Shown here piece by piece: positions 1-14,800 of a stretch of DNA of 64,000 nt. Numbering within the stretch: the first letter of the stretch is position 1; every line of letters starts with the position of its first letter. The stretch is from Macrostomum lignano (taxonomy: Eukaryota). Both the position numbers and the translations under genes were made by a program. The notes beneath the pieces were generated by a model that did no database searches, was not told the origin of the DNA, and saw nothing but the letters and a program-made list of their open reading frames with translations. The DNA is taken from NCBI GenBank assembly GCA_002269645.1, contig NIVC01002389.1, positions 1 through 64,000 of the forward strand, written 5' to 3'.

Positions 1-305
1 GACTTTCTCAATGATGTGGCGCCACCGACTCTCTCAATAAGTGACGCCACCGACTCTCTCAATATTGTGGCGCACTGAATGTCTCAATATTGTGGCGCCA
101 ACGACTCTCTCAATGATGTGGCGCCACCGACTGTCTCAATATTGTGGTGCAACTGACTGTCTCAATAATATGGCGCCACCGACTGTCTCAATGTGGGCAA
201 CTCTCTCAATAATGTGGCGCCGACTCTCTTAATATTGTGGCGCCACCGACTGTCTCAATAAGTTGACGCCACTGACTGTATCAATGTGGCGCCACCGACT
301 GTCTC
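1..305. repeat. About 26-bp GTGGCGCCAC minisatellite (inverted copy of TMCO4 intron 2 array)
   Basis: Repeated gtggcgccac/ctgtctcaat units; reverse complement of 34580-34891. Confidence 0.9.
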
Positions 306-751
306 AATAATAATAATAACGGTAGCTACGAGCACTCATTCGCGCCTAGCGCGATCCAAGTTACGTAACAAGATCTGCAGCATCACCTGTTCCTCTTCAT
401 CGCCTCGTCCACCACCTCGGCCTCGCTGGCCGGATCGTTTAACAGCGCGGCAGTTTTGAGCTCCCACTCCTCCAGCGAGGCCCAGCTGATCCGCATGGCG
501 AAGGCCACGTGCTTCAGCAGGTAGCGAGCCCTGGCGTCGTAGCAGCCTTCGCGCAGTGCGACGAGCAGGAGGTCCTGCAGCACCATCTCCGGGCAGGCGC
601 GACGGACTCCTCGGTCAGCAGCGCCTCGGCGAACGGCAGCATGGAACAGTCGCCTGGCCGTGCCGAAGGATGGCGGTGGCCGAGTTGCGAATCGAATCCG
701 GCCGCTTGTGGAGCACGTCGGCCAGGAACTTCTCGCGGAATTCCTGTGGAC

Positions 752-895
752 AGGCGGGGGTGGGCGGGGGTCAGAGCGGGGAGGCGGGTGGTGGGCGGGG
801 GTCAGAGCGGCGAGGCGGGCGGTGGGCGGGGGTCAAAGCGGGGAGGCGGTGTGTGGGCGGGGGTCAGAGCGGAGAGGCGGGTGGAGGCTAGCGGG
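752..895. repeat. About 31-bp GC-rich minisatellite (inverted copy of 33990-34132)
   Basis: gggcgggggtcagagcggggaggcgggtggt units. Confidence 0.85.
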
Positions 896-1294
896 TGAGG
901 GTGAGAGTGGGGAGTAGGCTGAGAGGGCCTGTCAACTTAGCTCATAAAGAGGAGCCCGAGTAACCTATGTATACAAATGATACGTCATTCTGCTCAGTGA
1001 CACCCAGGAAGCTGGGTTTCGTGAATAAGCGATGAAAATTGGACTTGGATAGAGGAGAACAAACAAGGGGATAATTAGGGACTCCACTTCATGAGCTTAA
1101 GTTGACAGGCCCTTTCAGTAAAGAATAGTGAGATTTAGGGAAACAAATTTGGAGTTGGATGGAAATATTTGAAACTTGAGCAAGGGGAAAGAAGGGAAGA
1201 AGGAAGGGAGAAGGGGGAGATGAAGGGTAAGAAGACTGAGATAAAGAGAAGAAGGGTGATATAAAGAGGAAGAAGGGTGAGATAAAGAGGAGAG

Positions 1295-1710
1295 GGTGAA
1301 GAGATGAAGGGGCAGGGTGAAGAGATGAAGGGGCAGGGTGAAGAGATGAAGGGGCAGGGTGAAGAGATGAAGAGGCAGGGTGAAGAGATGAAGGGAGGGT
1401 GAAGAGATGAAGGGCAGGGTGAAGAGATGAAGGGGCAGGGTGAAGAGATGAAGAGGCAGGGTGAAGAGATGAAGGGGCAGGGTGAAGAGATGAAGGGGCA
1501 GGGTTAAGAGATGAAGGGGCAGGGTGAAGAGATGAAGGGGCAGGGTGAAGAGATGAAGGGGCAGGGTGAAGAGATGAAGGGGCAGGGTGAAGAGATGAAG
1601 GGGCAGGGTGAAGAGATGAAGGGCAGGGTGAAGAGATGAAGAGGCAGGGTGAAGAGATGAAGGGGCAGGGTGAAGAGATGAAGAGGCAGGGTGAAGAGAT
1701 GAAGGGGAGG
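1295..1710. repeat. 21-bp minisatellite (GGGTGAAGAGATGAAGGGGCA)n
   Basis: Tandem units; translates as a 7-aa repeat. Confidence 0.9.
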
Positions 1711-2409
1711 GTAAAGAGATTAAGGTGCAGAAAGGAGATAGAAGACACGAGATGTTCTCACTTCAGGGCTAGAAGCAGAGACCAGCAGAAAGACCCAGCC
1801 CCTGGGAACCAGAGAGCTCACTTGTGCCAGTCCTCTGGGTACAGCTGGGCCAGAGCGGTAGCAGTGAGAGAGCAGTAGGCAAAGATGCCGGCATCAGAGA
1901 GCATGCCGCTGTTGTTATTGTTGAGCCGGGCTGTCGCCTCAGCCCCGGCTCTGCTTGCAGCTTCTGCTTTGCCTCGTCTGCTGCTGCTCCTGCGGCAGCC
2001 GGCTTGCTTGCGGCGGGTTTCTTTTTAAACATTGCTTTTGCAGACTATTGAAATTTATAAAATCCAAGAAAATGAGTAGAGATTAGTTTAGACTGCCGTT
2101 CAAACGCTCCGGTGGAGAAATTGACAGCAGATTGGATTGGCTTTGCAATCTGGAGCACAAGTGGTGGAAAATTTCCTCAATAGTGGTTTGTTTTGAAAAT
2201 GAAATGCCGATAAAACAGAAACAGAACACAAATTATTCATGTCTCAGAGCGCTGCCACGCGCAGAGTTTGATAAGATAGCCAAGCAAACTGACTGAGGGG
2301 AGGGGTGTAGATCTGCAGTGCTCGGCGAGCCTAAGTGAGCATAAATTACTCACTGCCACTCTCTCCCTGTCCCTGCGGCTCGATACCTGCGCCTCAGCTA
2401 TCTCCGTCA

Positions 2410-2878
2410 CTCCCTGCCCTCCTTTCTCCTCCCTGCCCTCCTTTTCTCCTCCCTGCCCTCCATTCTCCCTCCTTGCCCTCCTTTTCTCCCTCCCTGCCCT
2501 CCTTTCTCCCTACCTGCCCTCCTTTTCTCCCTCCCTGCCTCCTTTTCTCCCTCCCTGCCCTCCTTTTCTCCCTTCCTGCCCTCCTTTCCTCCCTCCCTGC
2601 CCTCCTTTTCTCCCTCCCTGCCCTCCTTTTCTCCCTCCCTGCCCTCCTTTTCTCCTTCCTGCCCTCCTTTCCTCCCTCCCTGCCCTCCTTTCTCCCTCCT
2701 TGCCCTCCTTTCTCCCTCCTTGCTCTCCTTTTCTCACTCCCTGCTCCTTTTCTCACTCAATGCTCCTTTTCTCCCTCCCTGCCCTCCTTTTCTCCCTCAC
2801 TGCCCTCCTTTTCTCCCTCCTTGCCCTCCTTTCTCCCTACCTGCCCTCCTTTTCTCCCTCAATGCTCCCTCACTCAAT
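2410..2878. repeat. 21-bp C/T-rich minisatellite (CCCTCCTTTTCTCCCTCCCTG)n
   Basis: Tandem units; reverse complement of 31981-32460. Confidence 0.9.
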
Positions 2879-5800
2879 CACTGCATTCCCACACTGCATT
2901 GGGGAGGGGAAACACACTGCATTCAGGGGAAACACACTGCATTGAGGGGAAACACACTGCATTGGGGAGGGGAAACACACTGCATTGGGAAAAACACTGC
3001 ATTGGGGAGGAAACACACTGCATTGGGAGGGGAAACACACTGCATTGGGGAGGGGAAACACACTGCATTGGGAGGGGAAACACACTGCATTGGGGAGGGG
3101 AAACACACTGCATTGGGGAGGGGAAACACACTGCATTGGGAGGGGAAACACACTGCATTGGGGAGGGGAAACACACTGCATTGGGGAGGGGAAACACACT
3201 GCATTGGGGAGGGGAAACACACTGCATTGGGGAGGGGAAACACACTGCATTGGGGAGGGGAAACACACTGCATTGGGAGGGGAAACACACTGCATTGGGA
3301 GGGGAAACACACTGCATTGGGGAGGGGAAACACACTGCATTGGGAGGGGAAACACACTGCATTGGGGAGGGGAAACACACTGCATTGGGGAGGGGAAACA
3401 CACTGCATTGGGGAGGGGAAACACACTGCATTGGGGAGGGGAAACACACTGCATTGGGGAGGGGAAACACACTGCATTGGGGAGGGGAAACACACTGCAT
3501 TGGGGAGGGGAAACACACTGCATTGGGGAGGGGAAACACACTGCATTGGGGAGGGGAAACACACTGCATTGGGGAGGGGAAACACACTGCATTGGGGAGG
3601 GGAAACACACTGCATTGGGGAGGGGAAACACACTGCATTGGGGAGGGGAAACACACTGCATTGGGGAGGGGAAACACACTGCATTGGGGAGGGGAAACAC
3701 ACTGCATTGGGGAGGGGAAACACACTGCATTGGGGAGGGGAAACACACTGCATTGGGGAGGGGAAACACACTGCATTGGGGAGGGGAAACACACTGCATT
3801 GGGGAGGGGAAACACACTGCATTGGGGAGGGGAAACACACTGCATTGGGGAGGGGAAACACACTGCATTGGGGAGGGGAAACACACTGCATTGGGGAGGG
3901 GAAACACACTGCATTGGGGAGGGGAAACACACTGCATTGGGGAGGGGAAACACACTGCATTGGGGAGGGGAAACACACTGCATTGGGGAGGGGAAACACA
4001 CTGCATTGGGGAGGGGAAACACACTGCATTGGGGAGGGGAAACACACTGCATTGGGGAGGGGAAACACACTGCATTGGGGAGGGGAAACACACTGCATTG
4101 GGGAGGGGAAACACACTGCATTGGGGAGGGGAAACACACTGCATTGGGGAGGGGAAACACACTGCATTGGGGAGGGGAAACACACTGCATTGGGGAGGGG
4201 AAACACACTGCATTGGGGAGGGGAAACACACTGCATTGGGGAGGGGAAACACACTGCATTGGGGAGGGGAAACACACTGCATTGGGGAGGGGAAACACAC
4301 TGCATTGGGGAGGGGAAACACACTGCATTGGGAGGGGAAACACACTGCATTGGGGAGGGGAAACACACTGCATTGGGGAGGGGAAACACACTGCATTGGG
4401 GAGGGGAAACACACTGCATTGGGGAGGGGAAACACACTGCATTGGGGAGGGGAAACACACTGCATTGGGGAGGGGAAACACACTGCATTGGGGAGGGGAA
4501 ACACACTGCATTGGGGAGGGGAAACACACTGCATTGGGGAGGGGAAACACACTGCATTGGGGAGGGGAAACACACTGCATTGGGGAGGGGAAACACACTG
4601 CATTGGGGAGGGGAAACACACTGCATTGGGGAGGGGAAACACACTGCATTGGGGAGGGGAAACACACTGCATTGGGGAGGGGAAACACACTGCATTGGGG
4701 AGGGGAAACACACTGCATTGGGGAGGGGAAACACACTGCATTGGGGAGGGGAAACACACTGCATTGGGGAGGGGAAACACACTGCATTGGGGAGGGGAAA
4801 CACACTGCATTGGGGAGGGGAAACACACTGCATTGGGGAGGGGAAACACACTGCATTGGGGAGGGGAAACACACTGCATTGGGGAGGGGAAACACACTGC
4901 ATTGGGGAGGGGAAACACACTGCATTGGGGAGGGGAAACACACTGCATTGGGGAGGGGAAACACACTGCATTGGGGAGGGGAAACACACTGCATTGGGGA
5001 GGGGAAACACACTGCATTGGGGAGGGGAAACACACTGCATTGGGGAGGGGAAACACACTGCATTGGGGAGGGGAAACACACTGCATTGGGGAGGGGAAAC
5101 ACACTGCATTGGGGAGGGGAAACACACTGCATTGGGGAGGGGAAACACACTGCATTGGGGAGGGGAAACACACTGCATTGGGGAGGGGAAACACACTGCA
5201 TTGGGGAGGGGAAACACACTGCATTGGGGAGGGGAAACACACTGCATTGGGGAGGGGAAACACACTGCATTGGGGAGGGGAAACACACTGCATTGGGGAG
5301 GGGAAACACACTGCATTGGGGAGGGGAAACACACTGCATTGGGGAGGGGAAACACACTGCATTGGGGAGGGGAAACACACTGCATTGGGGAGGGGAAACA
5401 CACTGCATTGGGGAGGGGAAACACACTGCATTGGGGAGGGGAAACACACTGCATTGGGGAGGGGAAACACACTGCATTGGGGAGGGGAAACACACTGCAT
5501 TGGGGAGGGGAAACACACTGCATTGGGGAGGGGAAACACACTGCATTGGGGAGGGGAAACACACTGCATTGGGGAGGGGAAACACACTGCATTGGGGAGG
5601 GGAAACACACTGCATTGGGGAGGGGAAACACACTGCATTGGGGAGGGGAAACACACTGCATTGGGGAGGGGAAACACACTGCATTGGGGAGGGGAAACAC
5701 ACTGCATTGGGGAGGGGAAACACACTGCATTGGGGAGGGGAAACACACTGCATTGGGGAGGGGAAACACACTGCATTGGGGAGGGGAAACACACTGCATT

Positions 5801-8800
5801 GGGGAGGGGAAACACACTGCATTGGGGAGGGGAAACACACTGCATTGGGGAGGGGAAACACACTGCATTGGGGAGGGGAAACACACTGCATTGGGGAGGG
5901 GAAACACACTGCATTGGGGAGGGGAAACACACTGCATTGGGGAGGGGAAACACACTGCATTGGGGAGGGGAAACACACTGCATTGGGGAGGGGAAACACA
6001 CTGCATTGGGGAGGGGAAACACACTGCATTGGGGAGGGGAAACACACTGCATTGGGGAGGGGAAACACACTGCATTGGGGAGGGGAAACACACTGCATTG
6101 GGGAGGGGAAACACACTGCATTGGGGAGGGGAAACACACTGCATTGGGGAGGGGAAACACACTGCATTGGGGAGGGGAAACACACTGCATTGGGGAGGGG
6201 AAACACACTGCATTGGGGAGGGGAAACACACTGCATTGGGGAGGGGAAACACACTGCATTGGGGAGGGGAAACACACTGCATTGGGGAGGGGAAACACAC
6301 TGCATTGGGGAGGGGAAACACACTGCATTGGGGAGGGGAAACACACTGCATTGGGGAGGGGAAACACACTGCATTGGGGAGGGGAAACACACTGCATTGG
6401 GGAGGGGAAACACACTGCATTGGGGAGGGGAAACACACTGCATTGGGGAGGGGAAACACACTGCATTGGGGAGGGGAAACACACTGCATTGGGGAGGGGA
6501 AACACACTGCATTGGGGAGGGGAAACACACTGCATTGGGGAGGGGAAACACACTGCATTGGGGAGGGGAAACACACTGCATTGGGGAGGGGAAACACACT
6601 GCATTGGGGAGGGGAAACACACTGCATTGGGGAGGGGAAACACACTGCATTGGGGAGGGGAAACACACTGCATTGGGGAGGGGAAACACACTGCATTGGG
6701 GAGGGGAAACACACTGCATTGGGGAGGGGAAACACACTGCATTGGGGAGGGGAAACACACTGCATTGGGGAGGGGAAACACACTGCATTGGGGAGGGGAA
6801 ACACACTGCATTGGGGAGGGGAAACACACTGCATTGGGGAGGGGAAACACACTGCATTGGGGAGGGGAAACACACTGCATTGGGGAGGGGAAACACACTG
6901 CATTGGGGAGGGGAAACACACTGCATTGGGGAGGGGAAACACACTGCATTGGGGAGGGGAAACACACTGCATTGGGGAGGGGAAACACACTGCATTGGGG
7001 AGGGGAAACACACTGCATTGGGGAGGGGAAACACACTGCATTGGGGAGGGGAAACACACTGCATTGGGGAGGGGAAACACACTGCATTGGGGAGGGGAAA
7101 CACACTGCATTGGGGAGGGGAAACACACTGCATTGGGGAGGGGAAACACACTGCATTGGGGAGGGGAAACACACTGCATTGGGGAGGGGAAACACACTGC
7201 ATTGGGGAGGGGAAACACACTGCATTGGGGAGGGGAAACACACTGCATTGGGGAGGGGAAACACACTGCATTGGGGAGGGGAAACACACTGCATTGGGGA
7301 GGGGAAACACACTGCATTGGGGAGGGGAAACACACTGCATTGGGGAGGGGAAACACACTGCATTGGGGAGGGGAAACACACTGCATTGGGGAGGGGAAAC
7401 ACACTGCATTGGGGAGGGGAAACACACTGCATTGGGGAGGGGAAACACACTGCATTGGGGAGGGGAAACACACTGCATTGGGGAGGGGAAACACACTGCA
7501 TTGGGGAGGGGAAACACACTGCATTGGGGAGGGGAAACACACTGCATTGGGGAGGGGAAACACACTGCATTGGGGAGGGGAAACACACTGCATTGGGGAG
7601 GGGAAACACACTGCATTGGGGAGGGGAAACACACTGCATTGGGGAGGGGAAACACACTGCATTGGGGAGGGGAAACACACTGCATTGGGGAGGGGAAACA
7701 CACTGCATTGGGGAGGGGAAACACACTGCATTGGGGAGGGGAAACACACTGCATTGGGGAGGGGAAACACACTGCATTGGGGAGGGGAAACACACTGCAT
7801 TGGGGAGGGGAAACACACTGCATTGGGGAGGGGAAACACACTGCATTGGGGAGGGGAAACACACTGCATTGGGGAGGGGAAACACACTGCATTGGGGAGG
7901 GGAAACACACTGCATTGGGGAGGGGAAACACACTGCATTGGGGAGGGGAAACACACTGCATTGGGGAGGGGAAACACACTGCATTGGGGAGGGGAAACAC
8001 ACTGCATTGGGGAGGGGAAACACACTGCATTGGGGAGGGGAAACACACTGCATTGGGGAGGGGAAACACACTGCATTGGGGAGGGGAAACACACTGCATT
8101 GGGGAGGGGAAACACACTGCATTGGGGAGGGGAAACACACTGCATTGGGGAGGGGAAACACACTGCATTGGGGAGGGGAAACACACTGCATTGGGGAGGG
8201 GAAACACACTGCATTGGGGAGGGGAAACACACTGCATTGGGGAGGGGAAACACACTGCATTGGGGAGGGGAAACACACTGCATTGGGGAGGGGAAACACA
8301 CTGCATTGGGGAGGGGAAACACACTGCATTGGGGAGGGGAAACACACTGCATTGGGGAGGGGAAACACACTGCATTGGGGAGGGGAAACACACTGCATTG
8401 GGGAGGGGAAACACACTGCATTGGGGAGGGGAAACACACTGCATTGGGGAGGGGAAACACACTGCATTGGGGAGGGGAAACACACTGCATTGGGGAGGGG
8501 AAACACACTGCATTGGGGAGGGGAAACACACTGCATTGGGGAGGGGAAACACACTGCATTGGGGAGGGGAAACACACTGCATTGGGGAGGGGAAACACAC
8601 TGCATTGGGGAGGGGAAACACACTGCATTGGGGAGGGGAAACACACTGCATTGGGGAGGGGAAACACACTGCATTGGGGAGGGGAAACACACTGCATTGG
8701 GGAGGGGAAACACACTGCATTGGGGAGGGGAAACACACTGCATTGGGGAGGGGAAACACACTGCATTGGGGAGGGGAAACACACTGCATTGGGGAGGGGA

Positions 8801-11800
8801 AACACACTGCATTGGGGAGGGGAAACACACTGCATTGGGGAGGGGAAACACACTGCATTGGGGAGGGGAAACACACTGCATTGGGGAGGGGAAACACACT
8901 GCATTGGGGAGGGGAAACACACTGCATTGGGGAGGGGAAACACACTGCATTGGGGAGGGGAAACACACTGCATTGGGGAGGGGAAACACACTGCATTGGG
9001 GAGGGGAAACACACTGCATTGGGGAGGGGAAACACACTGCATTGGGGAGGGGAAACACACTGCATTGGGGAGGGGAAACACACTGCATTGGGGAGGGGAA
9101 ACACACTGCATTGGGGAGGGGAAACACACTGCATTGGGGAGGGGAAACACACTGCATTGGGGAGGGGAAACACACTGCATTGGGGAGGGGAAACACACTG
9201 CATTGGGGAGGGGAAACACACTGCATTGGGGAGGGGAAACACACTGCATTGGGGAGGGGAAACACACTGCATTGGGGAGGGGAAACACACTGCATTGGGG
9301 AGGGGAAACACACTGCATTGGGGAGGGGAAACACACTGCATTGGGGAGGGGAAACACACTGCATTGGGGAGGGGAAACACACTGCATTGGGGAGGGGAAA
9401 CACACTGCATTGGGGAGGGGAAACACACTGCATTGGGGAGGGGAAACACACTGCATTGGGGAGGGGAAACACACTGCATTGGGGAGGGGAAACACACTGC
9501 ATTGGGGAGGGGAAACACACTGCATTGGGGAGGGGAAACACACTGCATTGGGGAGGGGAAACACACTGCATTGGGGAGGGGAAACACACTGCATTGGGGA
9601 GGGGAAACACACTGCATTGGGGAGGGGAAACACACTGCATTGGGGAGGGGAAACACACTGCATTGGGGAGGGGAAACACACTGCATTGGGGAGGGGAAAC
9701 ACACTGCATTGGGGAGGGGAAACACACTGCATTGGGGAGGGGAAACACACTGCATTGGGGAGGGGAAACACACTGCATTGGGGAGGGGAAACACACTGCA
9801 TTGGGGAGGGGAAACACACTGCATTGGGGAGGGGAAACACACTGCATTGGGGAGGGGAAACACACTGCATTGGGGAGGGGAAACACACTGCATTGGGGAG
9901 GGGAAACACACTGCATTGGGGAGGGGAAACACACTGCATTGGGGAGGGGAAACACACTGCATTGGGGAGGGGAAACACACTGCATTGGGGAGGGGAAACA
10001 CACTGCATTGGGGAGGGGAAACACACTGCATTGGGGAGGGGAAACACACTGCATTGGGGAGGGGAAACACACTGCATTGGGGAGGGGAAACACACTGCAT
10101 TGGGGAGGGGAAACACACTGCATTGGGGAGGGGAAACACACTGCATTGGGGAGGGGAAACACACTGCATTGGGGAGGGGAAACACACTGCATTGGGGAGG
10201 GGAAACACACTGCATTGGGGAGGGGAAACACACTGCATTGGGGAGGGGAAACACACTGCATTGGGGAGGGGAAACACACTGCATTGGGGAGGGGAAACAC
10301 ACTGCATTGGGGAGGGGAAACACACTGCATTGGGGAGGGGAAACACACTGCATTGGGGAGGGGAAACACACTGCATTGGGGAGGGGAAACACACTGCATT
10401 GGGGAGGGGAAACACACTGCATTGGGGAGGGGAAACACACTGCATTGGGGAGGGGAAACACACTGCATTGGGGAGGGGAAACACACTGCATTGGGGAGGG
10501 GAAACACACTGCATTGGGGAGGGGAAACACACTGCATTGGGGAGGGGAAACACACTGCATTGGGGAGGGGAAACACACTGCATTGGGGAGGGGAAACACA
10601 CTGCATTGGGGAGGGGAAACACACTGCATTGGGGAGGGGAAACACACTGCATTGGGGAGGGGAAACACACTGCATTGGGGAGGGGAAACACACTGCATTG
10701 GGGAGGGGAAACACACTGCATTGGGGAGGGGAAACACACTGCATTGGGGAGGGGAAACACACTGCATTGGGGAGGGGAAACACACTGCATTGGGGAGGGG
10801 AAACACACTGCATTGGGGAGGGGAAACACACTGCATTGGGGAGGGGAAACACACTGCATTGGGGAGGGGAAACACACTGCATTGGGGAGGGGAAACACAC
10901 TGCATTGGGGAGGGGAAACACACTGCATTGGGGAGGGGAAACACACTGCATTGGGGAGGGGAAACACACTGCATTGGGGAGGGGAAACACACTGCATTGG
11001 GGAGGGGAAACACACTGCATTGGGGAGGGGAAACACACTGCATTGGGGAGGGGAAACACACTGCATTGGGGAGGGGAAACACACTGCATTGGGGAGGGGA
11101 AACACACTGCATTGGGGAGGGGAAACACACTGCATTGGGGAGGGGAAACACACTGCATTGGGGAGGGGAAACACACTGCATTGGGGAGGGGAAACACACT
11201 GCATTGGGGAGGGGAAACACACTGCATTGGGGAGGGGAAACACACTGCATTGGGGAGGGGAAACACACTGCATTGGGGAGGGGAAACACACTGCATTGGG
11301 GAGGGGAAACACACTGCATTGGGGAGGGGAAACACACTGCATTGGGGAGGGGAAACACACTGCATTGGGGAGGGGAAACACACTGCATTGGGGAGGGGAA
11401 ACACACTGCATTGGGGAGGGGAAACACACTGCATTGGGGAGGGGAAACACACTGCATTGGGGAGGGGAAACACACTGCATTGGGGAGGGGAAACACACTG
11501 CATTGGGGAGGGGAAACACACTGCATTGGGGAGGGGAAACACACTGCATTGGGGAGGGGAAACACACTGCATTGGGGAGGGGAAACACACTGCATTGGGG
11601 AGGGGAAACACACTGCATTGGGGAGGGGAAACACACTGCATTGGGGAGGGGAAACACACTGCATTGGGGAGGGGAAACACACTGCATTGGGGAGGGGAAA
11701 CACACTGCATTGGGGAGGGGAAACACACTGCATTGGGGAGGGGAAACACACTGCATTGGGGAGGGGAAACACACTGCATTGGGGAGGGGAAACACACTGC

Positions 11801-14800
11801 ATTGGGGAGGGGAAACACACTGCATTGGGGAGGGGAAACACACTGCATTGGGGAGGGGAAACACACTGCATTGGGGAGGGGAAACACACTGCATTGGGGA
11901 GGGGAAACACACTGCATTGGGGAGGGGAAACACACTGCATTGGGGAGGGGAAACACACTGCATTGGGAGGGGAAACACACTGCATTGGGGAGGGGAAACA
12001 CACTGCATTGGGGAGGGGAAACACACTGCATTGGGGAGGGGAAACACACTGCATTGGGGAGGGGAAACACACTGCATTGGGGAGGGGAAACACACTGCAT
12101 TGGGGAGGGGAAACACACTGCATTGGGGAGGGGAAACACACTGCATTGGGGAGGGGAAACACACTGCATTGGGGAGGGGAAACACACTGCATTGGGGAGG
12201 GGAAACACACTGCATTGGGGAGGGGAAACACACTGCATTGGGGAGGGGAAACACACTGCATTGGGGAGGGGAAACACACTGCATTGGGGAGGGGAAACAC
12301 ACTGCATTGGGGAGGGGAAACACACTGCATTGGGGAGGGGAAACACACTGCATTGGGGAGGGGAAACACACTGCATTGGGGAGGGGAAACACACTGCATT
12401 GGGGAGGGGAAACACACTGCATTGGGGAGGGGAAACACACTGCATTGGGGAGGGGAAACACACTGCATTGGGGAGGGGAAACACACTGCATTGGGGAGGG
12501 GAAACACACTGCATTGGGGAGGGGAAACACACTGCATTGGGGAGGGGAAACACACTGCATTGGGGAGGGGAAACACACTGCATTGGGGAGGGGAAACACA
12601 CTGCATTGGGGAGGGGAAACACACTGCATTGGGGAGGGGAAACACACTGCATTGGGGAGGGGAAACACACTGCATTGGGGAGGGGAAACACACTGCATTG
12701 GGGAGGGGAAACACACTGCATTGGGGAGGGGAAACACACTGCATTGGGGAGGGGAAACACACTGCATTGGGGAGGGGAAACACACTGCATTGGGGAGGGG
12801 AAACACACTGCATTGGGGAGGGGAAACACACTGCATTGGGGAGGGGAAACACACTGCATTGGGGAGGGGAAACACACTGCATTGGGGAGGGGAAACACAC
12901 TGCATTGGGGAGGGGAAACACACTGCATTGGGGAGGGGAAACACACTGCATTGGGGAGGGGAAACACACTGCATTGGGGAGGGGAAACACACTGCATTGG
13001 GGAGGGGAAACACACTGCATTGGGGAGGGGAAACACACTGCATTGGGGAGGGGAAACACACTGCATTGGGGAGGGGAAACACACTGCATTGGGGAGGGGA
13101 AACACACTGCATTGGGGAGGGGAAACACACTGCATTGGGGAGGGGAAACACACTGCATTGGGGAGGGGAAACACACTGCATTGGGGAGGGGAAACACACT
13201 GCATTGGGGAGGGGAAACACACTGCATTGGGGAGGGGAAACACACTGCATTGGGGAGGGGAAACACACTGCATTGGGGAGGGGAAACACACTGCATTGGG
13301 GAGGGGAAACACACTGCATTGGGGAGGGGAAACACACTGCATTGGGGAGGGGAAACACACTGCATTGGGGAGGGGAAACACACTGCATTGGGGAGGGGAA
13401 ACACACTGCATTGGGGAGGGGAAACACACTGCATTGGGGAGGGGAAACACACTGCATTGGGGAGGGGAAACACACTGCATTGGGGAGGGGAAACACACTG
13501 CATTGGGGAGGGGAAACACACTGCATTGGGGAGGGGAAACACACTGCATTGGGGAGGGGAAACACACTGCATTGGGGAGGGGAAACACACTGCATTGGGG
13601 AGGGGAAACACACTGCATTGGGGAGGGGAAACACACTGCATTGGGGAGGGGAAACACACTGCATTGGGGAGGGGAAACACACTGCATTGGGGAGGGGAAA
13701 CACACTGCATTGGGGAGGGGAAACACACTGCATTGGGGAGGGGAAACACACTGCATTGGGGAGGGGAAACACACTGCATTGGGGAGGGGAAACACACTGC
13801 ATTGGGGAGGGGAAACACACTGCATTGGGGAGGGGAAACACACTGCATTGGGGAGGGGAAACACACTGCATTGGGGAGGGGAAACACACTGCATTGGGGA
13901 GGGGAAACACACTGCATTGGGGAGGGGAAACACACTGCATTGGGGAGGGGAAACACACTGCATTGGGGAGGGGAAACACACTGCATTGGGGAGGGGAAAC
14001 ACACTGCATTGGGGAGGGGAAACACACTGCATTGGGGAGGGGAAACACACTGCATTGGGGAGGGGAAACACACTGCATTGGGGAGGGGAAACACACTGCA
14101 TTGGGGAGGGGAAACACACTGCATTGGGGAGGGGAAACACACTGCATTGGGGAGGGGAAACACACTGCATTGGGGAGGGGAAACACACTGCATTGGGGAG
14201 GGGAAACACACTGCATTGGGGAGGGGAAACACACTGCATTGGGGAGGGGAAACACACTGCATTGGGGAGGGGAAACACACTGCATTGGGGAGGGGAAACA
14301 CACTGCATTGGGGAGGGGAAACACACTGCATTGGGGAGGGGAAACACACTGCATTGGGGAGGGGAAACACACTGCATTGGGGAGGGGAAACACACTGCAT
14401 TGGGGAGGGGAAACACACTGCATTGGGGAGGGGAAACACACTGCATTGGGGAGGGGAAACACACTGCATTGGGGAGGGGAAACACACTGCATTGGGGAGG
14501 GGAAACACACTGCATTGGGGAGGGGAAACACACTGCATTGGGGAGGGGAAACACACTGCATTGGGGAGGGGAAACACACTGCATTGGGGAGGGGAAACAC
14601 ACTGCATTGGGGAGGGGAAACACACTGCATTGGGGAGGGGAAACACACTGCATTGGGGAGGGGAAACACACTGCATTGGGGAGGGGAAACACACTGCATT
14701 GGGGAGGGGAAACACACTGCATTGGGGAGGGGAAACACACTGCATTGGGGAGGGGAAACACACTGCATTGGGGAGGGGAAACACACTGCATTGGGGAGGG

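Larger units (their letters stand above)
387..2032 (-). pseudogene. TMCO4: Inverted duplicate of TMCO4 exons 1 (2032-1822) and 2 (743-387), frameshifted
   Basis: Near-identical to 32845-34501. Carries several single-base deletions relative to the intact copy (e.g. cag|gaattc vs cag|ggaattc; gccggggctg vs cccggggctg). May be consensus error in a redundant haplotig rather than a true pseudogene. Confidence 0.7.

Noticed and set aside
1089-2945. ORFs with SSLHPAP / RRAGREK / LFSLPAL repeats (also 31872-33376)
   Set aside because: Translations of 21-bp minisatellites.
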